NCBI GenBank assembly: GCA_963695545.1
Contig: OY968796.1
Location: 3,872,001-3,936,000, forward strand
Source of the DNA: Terriglobia bacterium
GTDB lineage: Bacteria; Acidobacteriota; Terriglobia; Acidiferrales; UBA7541
Length of the DNA: 64,000 bases
Direction: 5' to 3'
Both the position numbers and the translations under genes were made by a program. Positions 1 through 9,020 of the stretch are shown here, piece by piece; the first letter of the stretch is position 1, and each line of letters begins with the position of its first letter. The notes under the pieces were generated by a model. It searched no databases and was not told where the DNA came from. It was given only the letters and a program-made list of their open reading frames with translations.

Positions 1-1949
1 AGCCAAATATCGCGCGTGCTCAAATGCGGATCGGCGATATCCACGGCGAGTCGATCTCCGTCCGGCGAAAGGGCCGGGCAGCAGTAAGCGGCGGGCTGCC
101 CGAGCGTCCCGAGCTTCTTCCCGCTTCGATCAAACCACTGGAGCTCGGTCTGACTGGTCGCTCCCGCAGGAATGTAGGTCAGGATGCCGTTCTGAGAAGC
201 CGAAAAAGACTGCGCGGTGTCAGGTCCAAGTTGCACGTAGGGATTGACGCCCTCGGCGATGGGGACGGCATCGCCTGTGGTCACCAGGCGCTGGGCATCG
301 AAGGGCTGAGCCATCAAGGTCTCGCCGCGGGTATAGAGCAGATCGCCCGGAGGGGCGTATTCGGCGCCTCCGTCGGCGTTCAGCAAGCATTTCGTTTCGC
401 TTGAGTCGAGCGAGCCAACACAGAGCCACGGTTCGTTGAGTGCGGTGGAGCGAATGGAGGCGTAGAGGAAATGGCGACCGTCCGGCAGGAACCAAGGGTA
501 TGCCTGCGAGATTTCCCGGACCGATCGATCAAGCGTGGTGAAAGGGACGGGCTCGCCGCCGGCATCGGGAACTTTCACGAGTGGGCCGCCGAGACTGAGG
601 ACAATCACGCCATCGCTGTTCCAGCTTGCGCCAAATCCTCCCACTGCGTCGCAGAGCGTCTGCGGGGTTCCGCCCGAGACTGCCACCTTCTTGAGCGTAG
701 CTCCGTCAAAAAAGCCCAGGTAATGGCTGTCGGGCGACCAAAAAGGGCGACGCGCACCGTCGGTTCCCGCCAGCGGCTGCGCGGCGACATTATTGAGCGC
801 GCGCAACCATAGTTGGCGGGTTCCGTCCTTGGTGAGGGCTGTAAAGGCCAAGAGACGGCCGTCGGGCGAGAGGCTTACTGCTCCCCAAGTCGCATCCTCG
901 GACGGGAGGGAGAAGAGGAAGCGGGTGACGCTGGGTTTGGGCTGGTTGAGGTACGGACGAAGGTACACAAAGACCAGGGCCGCGGCGACGAGCAGCGCCG
1001 CGCAGGCGGTCGCGGCCAGCGCCCATGCGATTCTTTCGCGGCTGCGACGGTGGGCGACGACGGGCGCGGCGACGCCGGCTTGCGAGCCGGCTTCGGAGAT
1101 CCATTTCAATTCGTCGCGAAGGTCTCCGGCCGATTGCCAGCGATCGTCGGGATCTTTCGCGAGACATTTCTTCACGACGCGGTCGAGCGCGGGCGGCGTC
1201 ATGGGTTGAAGCGAGGAGATGGGCGGCGGATCGACCTCAAGAATTTTCGCGATCAAACTGGCTTGACTCTTGCCCTCGAAGGCTTTTTTGCCCGTGGCCA
1301 TCTCGTAGATCACGGTGCCGAATGAGAAGATGTCCGTGCGCGCGTCTGCTTCCCTGCTTTCGAGTTGCTCGGGCGCCATGTATTGCAGCGTGCCGACGAT
1401 GGTGCCTTCGGCGGTGATCGGACGATCGACAGCGGGCAACGTGGTGAGCGTGGCCGACGTCACGGCCGTTTCGCGCGTGAGTTTCGCCAGCCCGAAATCG
1501 AGCAGCTTCACGCCGGATTTGGTGAGCATGATGTTGCCAGGTTTCAGATCGCGATGGGTGATGCCGTTGCGGTGGGCTTTGTCGAGAGCGTCGGCGATTT
1601 CGATGGCGTACTGCAACACTTGCTCGGCGGGGAGCGGGCCTTTGAGGAGGCGCTGCGCGAGCGTTTCGCCTTCGACGAGCTCCATGACCAGATAGTCTGT
1701 GCCGGCCTCGCGGCCGATATCGTGGAGCGTGCAAATGTGCGGATGATTCAGGCTGGCGATGGTGCGGGCTTCGCGCTCGAAGCGCTCGCGCAAATCGGGG
1801 CGGTCGGCGAGATGCGGCGGCAAGACTTTGATGGCTACGACTCGGTCGAGGCGAGAGTCGCGGGCGCGATAGACTTCTCCCATGCCGCCAGCTCCGAGCG
1901 GAGCGACGATTTCGTAGGGACCTAGTTTCGTGCCATTCGCGAGGGGCAT
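1..1949 (-). CDS. Ser/Thr (Hanks-type) protein kinase with TM segment and C-terminal TolB/PD40-like repeats; 3' end runs off the window
   Basis: Manual translation from ATG 1949 gives MPLANGTKLGPYEIVAPLGAGGMGEVYRARD...VAIKVLP...HRDLKPGNIML...DFGLA...GTLQYMAPE. It is absent from the ORF track because there is no stop in the window. Confidence 0.92.
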   Translation of the reverse strand, partial: MPLANGTKLGPYEIVAPLGAGGMGEVYRARDSRLDRVVAIKVLPPHLADRPDLRERFEREARTIASLNHPHICTLHDIGREAGTDYLVMELVEGETLAQRLLKGPLPAEQVLQYAIEIADALDKAHRNGITHRDLKPGNIMLTKSGVKLLDFGLAKLTRETAVTSATLTTLPAVDRPITAEGTIVGTLQYMAPEQLESREADARTDIFSFGTVIYEMATGKKAFEGKSQASLIAKILEVDPPPISSLQPMTPPALDRVVKKCLAKDPDDRWQSAGDLRDELKWISEAGSQAGVAAPVVAHRRSRERIAWALAATACAALLVAAALVFVYLRPYLNQPKPSVTRFLFSLPSEDATWGAVSLSPDGRLLAFTALTKDGTRQLWLRALNNVAAQPLAGTDGARRPFWSPDSHYLGFFDGATLKKVAVSGGTPQTLCDAVGGFGASWNSDGVIVLSLGGPLVKVPDAGGEPVPFTTLDRSVREISQAYPWFLPDGRHFLYASIRSTALNEPWLCVGSLDSSETKCLLNADGGAEYAPPGDLLYTRGETLMAQPFDAQRLVTTGDAVPIAEGVNPYVQLGPDTAQSFSASQNGILTYIPAGATSQTELQWFDRSGKKLGTLGQPAAYCCPALSPDGDRLAVDIADPHLSTRDIW

Positions 1950-2069
1950 TGGTTGGACGCAGTATACGCCGGAAGAATTATGCCGGCGCGATAAACCGAT
2001 GCGCGCGCGGATTGGGGCGGAGGAGTTCAAGCATTCAGGCGTGGTGGCTCTTGCGCGCAAAAACAAGAT

Positions 2070-2093
2070 GGAGGCCTGAAGGCCTCCGCTACA
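2070..2093 (-). repeat. REP-like palindrome (GTAG-type)
   Basis: Minus strand reads TGTAGC-GGAGGCC-TTCA-GGCCTCC, a GTAG motif followed by a perfect 7-bp hairpin. Confidence 0.55.
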
Positions 2094-2184
2094 TAAGACC
2101 GTGCGACGTTACTTTGTAATCGTCCCGTGGTTTAGTGGGCGCGGGCTGCGTCACGAGGTGGTTTGGCGCCGCAGCTTTCGATTC

Positions 2185-3201
2185 TTAGGGACGCGGCGAT
2201 GGCGCGGCGACGCGACCGATGAGTTTTCGCGAAAAGGGGCGCAGTTCCTGAAGATGCTCGCGCAGGTAAACCACGAGACGCTGCTTCTTGCCCCTTCCGC
2301 GCTTGGATGTTGCTTCGCCCGACTGGGAGTCGCTGGGGACCAATTCCGGATTGATCGCGGCTACCCGGCGGTAGATCGAGATCCACATTTTCTTGGTTGC
2401 GGAGAGCGAGACACCCAGCTCGTCGCTCAATTCCTCGTCGGTTCCTCCGGCGAGCGCGGAGAGCAGCAATCGCTGCTCGCTGGGGCGGAATGCGAAGCGT
2501 GGGGGCTCGAAGAGAAAGAGATAGCCGATCCAGGTTCCGAGCTGCTTTTGGGCGATCTCACGAGTGAGGCCGGAGATGTGGGGCCGCGAGAGAATGTCCT
2601 GAAGATCTTGTTCCTCGAAAGCGCCATAGCCGCCGTGCGCGGAATTCCACATGCGGCCGCCGGTGTTGCGCATCCCGATCAAGTGCTCCGGGCTGTCGGC
2701 TTGGCCTACCAATTCCTTCAAGCGAAAGCCGCGGTGATCGTTGAAGAACGCGGCCATGAGCTCGGCCCCTACTTCCGCGCGCTTAACATCTTCGCCGCGA
2801 ATGCAAACGTGCCACATCACAAGATTCAGGCCGCCCCGCGAATTCGCTTCACAAACTTGCTTTTCGGAGAGTAGCGGAGAATCGCCGCGAATCACGCGCC
2901 TGGCCAGTTCAGGGCCAATCCAAAAGGATGGCGGCGTTTTCACTTCGCGCAGGAAATCGTCGGAGGCGAAAACGGAGGCGCCGACGCCGAGCAGCCGCGG
3001 CCGCGCGCGGACGGCTCCTTCGTCAACTTCTTCAAACACCGATGTGCCGCAGAAACCGTTGGAGCGAAGCAAATGAAGCCAGGCCGGGGCTAAATCCGCG
3101 ATGGATTTGGAGTATCGCGGTCCGACAACGGGATCCGCGGCGACGATTGCGACGCACTCACGGACATCGTTCGGGCGCATGGGGCGGTGCCGAATGCTCA
3201 T
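2185..3201 (-). CDS. Uncharacterised transcriptional regulator, copy 1: GNAT-like N-terminus plus C-terminal LuxR-like HTH
   Basis: 338 aa. C-terminal FRPSEQRLLLSALAGGTDEELSDELGVSLSATKKMWISIYRRV fits the LuxR HTH pattern. N-terminal IRHRPMRPNDVRECVAIV resembles GNAT beta1-alpha1. Paralog at 4372-5418. Confidence 0.75.
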   Translation of the reverse strand: MSIRHRPMRPNDVRECVAIVAADPVVGPRYSKSIADLAPAWLHLLRSNGFCGTSVFEEVDEGAVRARPRLLGVGASVFASDDFLREVKTPPSFWIGPELARRVIRGDSPLLSEKQVCEANSRGGLNLVMWHVCIRGEDVKRAEVGAELMAAFFNDHRGFRLKELVGQADSPEHLIGMRNTGGRMWNSAHGGYGAFEEQDLQDILSRPHISGLTREIAQKQLGTWIGYLFLFEPPRFAFRPSEQRLLLSALAGGTDEELSDELGVSLSATKKMWISIYRRVAAINPELVPSDSQSGEATSKRGRGKKQRLVVYLREHLQELRPFSRKLIGRVAAPSPRP

Positions 3202-3259
3202 GTGCAGATCCCAAGCTCCATTTGGCGGCTAGTGGTACCAGGACTCATGCTGCGCGCGC

Positions 3260-3346
3260 ACTGCCCTTTTAGACCGCTTGTTTATAGCATCCTGCTATGC
3301 ATAATTCCACAATTCACGTTCTCAGTAATTGGCGACGGTGTGGCGA
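3260..3346. promoter_or_regulatory. Conserved divergent promoter/operator block, copy 1
   Basis: Aligns with 5483-5569 in blocks ACTGCCCT, CTTGyTTATAGCA, TGCATAATTCCA(A)CAATTCAC and ACGGTGyGGCGA. Plus strand has TTGTTT-16-CATAAT; minus strand has TGCTATAA. Confidence 0.6.
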
Positions 3347-3384
3347 TCCCCGCGCGGCACCCTCGAATGTTCACTGGAGGATCA

Positions 3385-4293
3385 ATGACAGCGGAATCGG
3401 AGCTTCATCAGCATTCGCGTCGCGAAGGCCAGCGGCAAACAGCGAAAGAAATTGCCACGCGACACGCATCGCCACGCTTGGCGCTGTTCACTTTGCTGGC
3501 AATCGCCGTGGCGCTGGCGGCCCCGTGCGCATCGCGCGCGGATGATTTGCCGGCGGCCACACTCGGGCAGGTGATGCAAACTATAACCCCGTACCCGCCG
3601 GGCCCAATCCTCGAAGGTCCCGGCCTGTCGAGCTTCTCCTTGACCAACCCGGGGTTTGAAGGAGGGACCGCCACAGCTACCACCTATGCGTCCTATGCTG
3701 ACGGGACGGCGACGATTGTGGGAAGCGGCACAACGTCGGGGGAGGCAAACGTGCCAGAGATCACGGCGACGGTCGGAGTGAGTTACTCCTTCGAGATCGT
3801 CGGCCCGGAAAGCGACGTGGAAGTGCCGATCATCATCTCCGCAAGCGCGAGCACTTCGGTCACCGGCAAAGGGTCCGCGACCGTAAACACCGCCGTCGGT
3901 GGCGATGTACTTAGCGGCGGGGGTACCCTCAACGCTTGCTCCGAGGTAGGCTTTTCGGCTTGCACTTACCCGTCGTCCTTTTCAGGATCGATCGACGCTG
4001 TCGTTTATTCGAATGACCCAGAGTATTCCATTAACATTGACGCCTCCGGAATGGGATACGATACGAGCTCTTGGACCTTTTCTGCCGATCCTTCGATCGA
4101 GATAGACCCAAGCTTCGCGGACGCGGACGAATACTCGATCGTATACAGCGCCGACGATGCGGCTTCAACCGGGCCGCCGACACCGCCCCCGACTACTGCG
4201 CCAGAGCCTTCGGGCCTCGCCATGCTTGGAATTGGCTTGCTCGCTCTGGTGGGTTTGAAGCTCTCGAAACTCGAAGCGCGCGCCGAAGCGTGA
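3385..4293 (+). CDS. PEP-CTERM sorting-domain surface protein (Ser/Thr/Gly-rich, acidic)
   Basis: GGAGG RBS before ATG 3385. Hydrophobic signal peptide LFTLLAIAVALAAPCASRA. C-terminus APEPSGLAMLGIGLLALVGLKLSK. Confidence 0.88.
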   Translation: MTAESELHQHSRREGQRQTAKEIATRHASPRLALFTLLAIAVALAAPCASRADDLPAATLGQVMQTITPYPPGPILEGPGLSSFSLTNPGFEGGTATATTYASYADGTATIVGSGTTSGEANVPEITATVGVSYSFEIVGPESDVEVPIIISASASTSVTGKGSATVNTAVGGDVLSGGGTLNACSEVGFSACTYPSSFSGSIDAVVYSNDPEYSINIDASGMGYDTSSWTFSADPSIEIDPSFADADEYSIVYSADDAASTGPPTPPPTTAPEPSGLAMLGIGLLALVGLKLSKLEARAEA

Positions 4294-4371
4294 CGAATAT
4301 TCGTGCCGTGCCGCGATTTGGTCGCGTTGGGCGCCCGGCGCGAATCTAGCGGGAATCCGCCACCAACTCGT

Positions 4372-5418
4372 TCAAATGAAGTCCGATGCAGTTCTATCCT
4401 GGTCGCAGCTTCGCTCGCGCGCGGTGTTCTCTTGCAGTATTTTTCGCGAAACCGGGCGCAGTTCTTGGCGATGCTCGCGGAGATAGGCGATCAGGCGTTG
4501 CTTCTTATTCTTCCCGCGCTTGGATGCCTCTCCGTTGGCCTGCGAATCGCTGGGGACTAATTCCGGATTGATTGCGGCTACGCGGCGGTAGATGGAGCGC
4601 CACATCTTCCTAATTGTGGAAAGCGAGACGCCCAACTGGTCGCTCAATTGCTCGTCGATTCCGCCGGCGAGCGCGGCAAGCAACAATCGCTGCTCGCTTG
4701 TGCTAAAGCCGAAACGCGGCGGCTCGTAAAGAAAAAGAGAACCGACCCATGAGCCGAGTTGCGTTTGCGCTATCTCGCGCGTGTACCCGGAAATGTGCGG
4801 CTCCCTAACGATTTCGTGCAGGTTTTCCCCATCGAAATCGGTATAGCAGCCGTCCGAAGATCTCAACAGGCGCCCACCGCTGCCCCGCATACCCTCCAAG
4901 TGCTCCGGGCTTTCGCCATGCGCCACCAGCTCGTTCAAAAGGAAACCGCGGTGCTCATCGAGGAACGCCGTCATCAGTTCGGCCCAAACATCTGCACGCT
5001 TAATATCTTCCACGCGGATACACGCTTGCCACACGGCAAGGTTGAGGCCGCCGCGCGCATTTGCGTCGCGCACCTGCTTTTCGGAAAGCAGCGGAGAATC
5101 GCCGCGCATCACGCGTTTCACCAACTCGGGACCGATCCAGAGGAATGGCGGGGTTTTCAATTCGCGGAGAAAATCGTCGGAAACAAATACGGTGACGCCG
5201 ACCCCGAGCAATCGAGCGCGAGCGCGGCCCGCGGCTTCGTCGATTTCTTCGAACACGACGGCAGAACAAAAACCGTTGGAGGAAAGCAACCGAAGCCAAG
5301 CGGGGCGCAGTTCTGCGAGCGCGTCGCCATAGCGCGGCGCGACAATTGGGTGCGACGCGACGATCTCGACGCACTCGCGGACATCCTTCGGCCGCATGGG
5401 GCGATGCCGGATGCTCAT
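4372..5418 (-). CDS. Uncharacterised transcriptional regulator, copy 2: GNAT-like N-terminus plus C-terminal LuxR-like HTH
   Basis: 348 aa, collinear with 2185-3201. Shared runs include MSIRHRPMRP, RGDSPLLSEKQV, SEQRLLL, SIYRRVAAINPELVPSDSQ and YLREHxQELRP. Confidence 0.75.
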   Translation of the reverse strand: MSIRHRPMRPKDVRECVEIVASHPIVAPRYGDALAELRPAWLRLLSSNGFCSAVVFEEIDEAAGRARARLLGVGVTVFVSDDFLRELKTPPFLWIGPELVKRVMRGDSPLLSEKQVRDANARGGLNLAVWQACIRVEDIKRADVWAELMTAFLDEHRGFLLNELVAHGESPEHLEGMRGSGGRLLRSSDGCYTDFDGENLHEIVREPHISGYTREIAQTQLGSWVGSLFLYEPPRFGFSTSEQRLLLAALAGGIDEQLSDQLGVSLSTIRKMWRSIYRRVAAINPELVPSDSQANGEASKRGKNKKQRLIAYLREHRQELRPVSRKILQENTARERSCDQDRTASDFI

Positions 5419-5482
5419 GGACGGATCCCACGCCCGGTCCAGGTACTAGACGTACTAGAAATGCTCCAGGCCGATGCGCCTT

Positions 5483-5569
5483 ACTGCCCTCTAAGAGGTC
5501 TTGCTTATAGCACTCTCCGTTGCATAATTCCAACAATTCACCATTTCCAAACGCGCTACGGTGCGGCGA
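5483..5569. promoter_or_regulatory. Conserved divergent promoter/operator block, copy 2
   Basis: Homologous to 3260-3346. Plus strand has TTGCTT-16-CATAAT; minus strand has TGCTATAA. Confidence 0.6.
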
Positions 5570-5680
5570 AAGCGAATGGCAAAAGATTCCGCGGCGTAGA
5601 TGGAATTGTTTCGGGTTGCTCGGAGGAAGTGAAATCGGATGAGGATTATATTTAGCAGCTCAAGTTAAGGAGCCACGACG

Positions 5681-6361
5681 ATGATGAAGGCCCAGTCATT
5701 CCGTTTCGCGCTGTGCACATTTGGAATTATTGCTTTCTGCCTTGTGCTCTCGCCAAGACCTTGCGCGGCCGACCCGACCGCGATCGGCCCTTCGACTAGC
5801 AGTACCTTGGAGGCTGCCTCCTATTCTTATGAGATTCCGGGTGCGCTCGTGGTGAGCGGGTACGCAACAGGCAGCACCTACGATGCCGGCTTCGAAGGCG
5901 CGGTATTCTGTGGTGGCGACGGTTCATGGTCTTGGTGCAGCGGCGGCGCAACGAGTTATAGTCTTGACGTTCCTGGGGTCTTTGAGGGGGCGCTCTACGA
6001 CACTGGCGCCTCCGTAACGCTGACACAGGCCTCCGTGGATAGTCCGATCGTTCTCACCTATGTTGTGGACGGCTACACGGTGGTGTTCGATCTGTATGAA
6101 GACCCGGTTTTACTCTCCTCGCTCACGTATGAATCGCCCGAAGTAGACGGAGTCAGCTACGTTAACCTTACGGTTACAGGCGGCTGCTATGACAACAGCG
6201 CGACGCCATGTACACCCGCATCCTCCACGCCGCCGCCGTCGAACGCGCCGGAGCCAGCGTCCCTCGGTCTGCTCGCTGCGGGCCTGGCGGGATTGGGATT
6301 GATGGTCGGATTGCGCCGGCGGAAAGAACTGCTGCATCAGCGGAGTTTGGCGGCCGCGTAG
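5681..6361 (+). CDS. PEP-CTERM sorting-domain surface protein
   Basis: AAGGAG RBS and a signal peptide. C-terminus APEPASLGLLAAGLAGLGLMVGLRRRK has the PEP motif, TM segment and basic cluster. Confidence 0.92.
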   Translation: MMKAQSFRFALCTFGIIAFCLVLSPRPCAADPTAIGPSTSSTLEAASYSYEIPGALVVSGYATGSTYDAGFEGAVFCGGDGSWSWCSGGATSYSLDVPGVFEGALYDTGASVTLTQASVDSPIVLTYVVDGYTVVFDLYEDPVLLSSLTYESPEVDGVSYVNLTVTGGCYDNSATPCTPASSTPPPSNAPEPASLGLLAAGLAGLGLMVGLRRRKELLHQRSLAAA

Positions 6362-6651
6362 TTATCTGGACGTAAATATCTGGATCGCTTGGGGCTAGGA
6401 ATGCCACGCGATTTCTAGCCCCGGCGCAGCAATGCCAACAACACGCTTTGACGATCCCAGCCTTTTGACTGCCGAAGCAATCTGCTGGAACCTGCAAAAG
6501 TGAATCTTGTGGCGTCCCATGGCGGGCTGAGGGTTTCCCGCCGGGTCTAGAGCTGACGAAATTGCGATCGTGGATTACCTGCGACGCGACCCGAGCACCC
6601 ACCAGCGCACGCGGGCGTCCGGAGCGACGCGGCTGTTATAATGTTTGATTC

Positions 6652-7311
6652 ATGATGAAACGAAAATTGAGACCAAGCGGTTCGCGAAGCGCGGGGCGCG
6701 GCGGAAAGCGGCGATCGGGGCGCGCGCGGATTGTGGCGGAGGCGCGGCTGCCGACGCGGTTTGGGCCGTTTACGATTCGCGGCGTGGAGGGCGCGACGCC
6801 CGCGGAGACGGCTGTGGCGCTGGTGCACGGGCGGATTTCGGGGAAACAAGCGCCGCTGGTGCGCATCCATTCGCAATGTTTGACGGGCGACGTGTTTGGG
6901 TCGGAGCGGTGCGATTGCCGGGCGCAGCTGGAATATTCTTTGCGCAAGATCGCGAAGGCGCCGGCGGGAGTGCTGCTGTATCTTCCGCAGGAGGGGCGCG
7001 GAATCGGGTTGATGAATAAGTTGCGCGCTTATGCGCTGCAGGATCAGGGGCTCGACACCGTGGAGGCCAATCAGAAATTGGGATTTGCGGCGGATTCGCG
7101 CGATTACGGATTCTCGGCGGCGGCGCTGCGGAGGTTGGGCGTGCGGCGGGTGCGGCTGTTATCGAATAATCCGGATAAGGTCGCGCAACTGGAACGCGGG
7201 GGGATTGAAGTGGTGGAGCGCGTGCCGTGCCAGCCGCGGGCTTCACGGGCTTCGCGCGGGTATTTGGCGACGAAGAAATCTAAGATGGGGCATATTTTGG
7301 CGGGGATGTGA
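6652..7311 (+). CDS. ribA: GTP cyclohydrolase II
   Basis: Motifs RIHSQCLTGDVFGSERCDC, QEGRGIGL and LLSNNPDK. Confidence 0.95.
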   Translation: MMKRKLRPSGSRSAGRGGKRRSGRARIVAEARLPTRFGPFTIRGVEGATPAETAVALVHGRISGKQAPLVRIHSQCLTGDVFGSERCDCRAQLEYSLRKIAKAPAGVLLYLPQEGRGIGLMNKLRAYALQDQGLDTVEANQKLGFAADSRDYGFSAAALRRLGVRRVRLLSNNPDKVAQLERGGIEVVERVPCQPRASRASRGYLATKKSKMGHILAGM

Positions 7312-7421
7312 GCGGGCGGCGGCGTTGAAGACGGGCGCAGGGCGAGCTTGCCGCGCAACGGCCGATTGAAATAGCGACGCGTAGTTCTCTGGCGACGGCG
7401 ATCACGAGGTTAGTGGGACGC

Positions 7422-7505
7422 GAAGAGGGATTCTTCGACTGCGAGGCGACTCGTCCGCGCAACGCGGACGAAAGGAAAAAGAGTCGCCTCTCCGCTCAGA
7501 CTGAC
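7422..7505. repeat. Nested-hairpin extragenic palindromic element (REP/MITE-like)
   Basis: GAGGCGACTC(7443)...GAGTCGCCTC(7490) encloses CGTCCGCG-CAA-CGCGGACG. Lies between convergent ribA and thiS. Confidence 0.55.
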
Positions 7506-7622
7506 GGCTCTTTTCTTGCGCGTCGGCGTGGAGATGTGGGCGAAACTGTGTACTCAACGACGGACGCGGTGTTCGAAGCGCGGACGGGACGATTTATCCA
7601 CAATGGAGGCGGAGCGTTCGCG

Positions 7623-7838
7623 TTAGCCGCCGCCGACTAATTGGACGATCTCGAAGCGGTCATTGGGGGCGACGGAGGTGGTGGCCCAGAGGGACTTCGG
7701 GAGGATTTCGGCGTTGCGCTCGATGGCTACGCGGTCGTGGCGCAGGGCGAGATGATCGAGGAGCTGCGCGACCGTTAACGCGGGAGGGATTTCGCGCGGC
7801 TCGCCGTTTAGCGTGATGGCGATTGCGCTGGCGGTCAC
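7623..7838 (-). CDS. thiS: Sulfur carrier protein ThiS
   Basis: 71 aa: ITLNGEPREI...VAIERNAEIL...EIVQLVGGG, ending in the C-terminal GG. Confidence 0.9.
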   Translation of the reverse strand: MTASAIAITLNGEPREIPPALTVAQLLDHLALRHDRVAIERNAEILPKSLWATTSVAPNDRFEIVQLVGGG

Positions 7839-8479
7839 TTTGCGCTCTTAGTCGGCGAGGGCGCGGGGCGGGGCTTGATGCGATAGCGCAATTCGGCGCG
7901 CGACGCGCCGGAAGTTGCGACGAGCACGAGAACCGCGACTTCGGGCACGGATTCGGACAGAGGCAATTCCAGGATCACTTTGCCGGCGAGATCGGCGATG
8001 GCCGAACCCGAGGCCCTGATCAAGCCGTAACATTCGATTCGCGCTTCGACCGTGGCGCCGATGGCCGGGGCTCCGTCCTCGAACATTAGTTCGACCGTGA
8101 TCACCGCCGGAGCGGGCTCGCCCGGTGAGACAGGCGCTTCGCGCTTCAGCCACAAATTGGGATTGAGCGGGCGAATGGTGAGGGTCGCGGCTTTTTTCGA
8201 CGAGGCGCGAGCCGAGGCCGCGGCGGCGTTCGGGCGCAATTCCCCGCTTTCGATTTCCGCAACGACGGCTTGATGCTGGCGCTTGACGCGTTCGCCGATT
8301 TCCGATTCGGAATTTCCCTGCTCTTGCGCATCGCGCAAATTCGTGTGCACGCGATGGATCACGCGGCCGGAGATGTATACGACGGTGTCAAGCACGGCGC
8401 CGCCTGCGCCTCGCTGCTCGGTTTGAACGTGATAGACGATCTCGCCGACGCGTACGTTGGTGTTTAGTCCGAAGCTCAT
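7835..8479 (-). CDS. Conserved hypothetical protein
   Basis: MSFGLNTNVRVGEIVYHVQTE...; its stop overlaps the thiS start (GTGA). Confidence 0.7.
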   Translation of the reverse strand: MSFGLNTNVRVGEIVYHVQTEQRGAGGAVLDTVVYISGRVIHRVHTNLRDAQEQGNSESEIGERVKRQHQAVVAEIESGELRPNAAAASARASSKKAATLTIRPLNPNLWLKREAPVSPGEPAPAVITVELMFEDGAPAIGATVEARIECYGLIRASGSAIADLAGKVILELPLSESVPEVAVLVLVATSGASRAELRYRIKPRPAPSPTKSAK

Positions 8480-8578
8480 GGGACGACCTGGCGACCTCGC
8501 GACCGCAGGCGCAGCGCGTTTTCGGTGCGCGTCCACTCGGGACATAAAAGCTTCCCAAAAAGAGGGCGCTTCGTGGAA

Positions 8579-8607
8579 TTGACCGCGCGGCAGCCGGTCG
8601 CTATTAT
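8579..8607 (+). promoter_or_regulatory. sigma-70-type promoter of nuo operon 1
   Basis: TTGACC-17bp-TATTAT, ending 14 nt upstream of the nuoA ATG. Confidence 0.65.
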
Positions 8608-8621
8608 ATTCGTTCTAGCCC

Positions 8622-9020
8622 ATGGCCGAAAACACCCTAGCGAACTACGCGCCGCTTCTTTTGCACTTCCTGCTGGCATTGGCGCTGGGGAGCGCGATCG
8701 TGGCGGTGTCGGCGATCGTGGGTTGGCGGCGGCCCTCGCGAATCAAGGAATCTCCGTACGAATGCGGCGTGGAGCCGACGGGCGATGCGCGGCAACCGGT
8801 GCCGGTGAAGTTTTACCTTGTGGCGATGGTCTTCATCCTGTTCGACGTGGAAGCGATATTTTTGTATCCGTGGGCGTACGTGTACCGGCAATTGCGGTGG
8901 TTCGGATTCGTGGAGATGCTGACGTATATCGCCATCCTGCTGGCAGGTTACTTCTATCTCTGGAAGAAAGGCGCGCTGGATTGGAATCGCTCGGCGGCGC
9001 GCGGGAACCGCGGTTCGTGA
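8622..9020 (+). CDS. nuoA: NADH-quinone oxidoreductase subunit A (operon 1)
   Basis: Motifs PYECG, FILFDVE and WKKGALDW. Confidence 0.95.
   Translation: MAENTLANYAPLLLHFLLALALGSAIVAVSAIVGWRRPSRIKESPYECGVEPTGDARQPVPVKFYLVAMVFILFDVEAIFLYPWAYVYRQLRWFGFVEMLTYIAILLAGYFYLWKKGALDWNRSAARGNRGS

Noticed and set aside
24..1925. Plus-strand ORFs over the kinase, and other long antisense ORFs such as 31487-33430, 43030-44619 and 28010-29416
   Set aside because: They are shadows of well-supported genes in high-GC DNA and carry no recognisable motifs.
5577..5592. sigma-54 promoter for PEP-CTERM gene 2 (and the weak GG-N10-GC at 3330-3344 for gene 1)
   Set aside because: Spacing here is GG-N11-GC. The gene 1 match has a poor -12 and its GG is not conserved in the paralogous block.
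6362..6651. FMN riboswitch upstream of ribA
   Set aside because: No RFN consensus, and the -10 box lies only 9 nt from the start codon.
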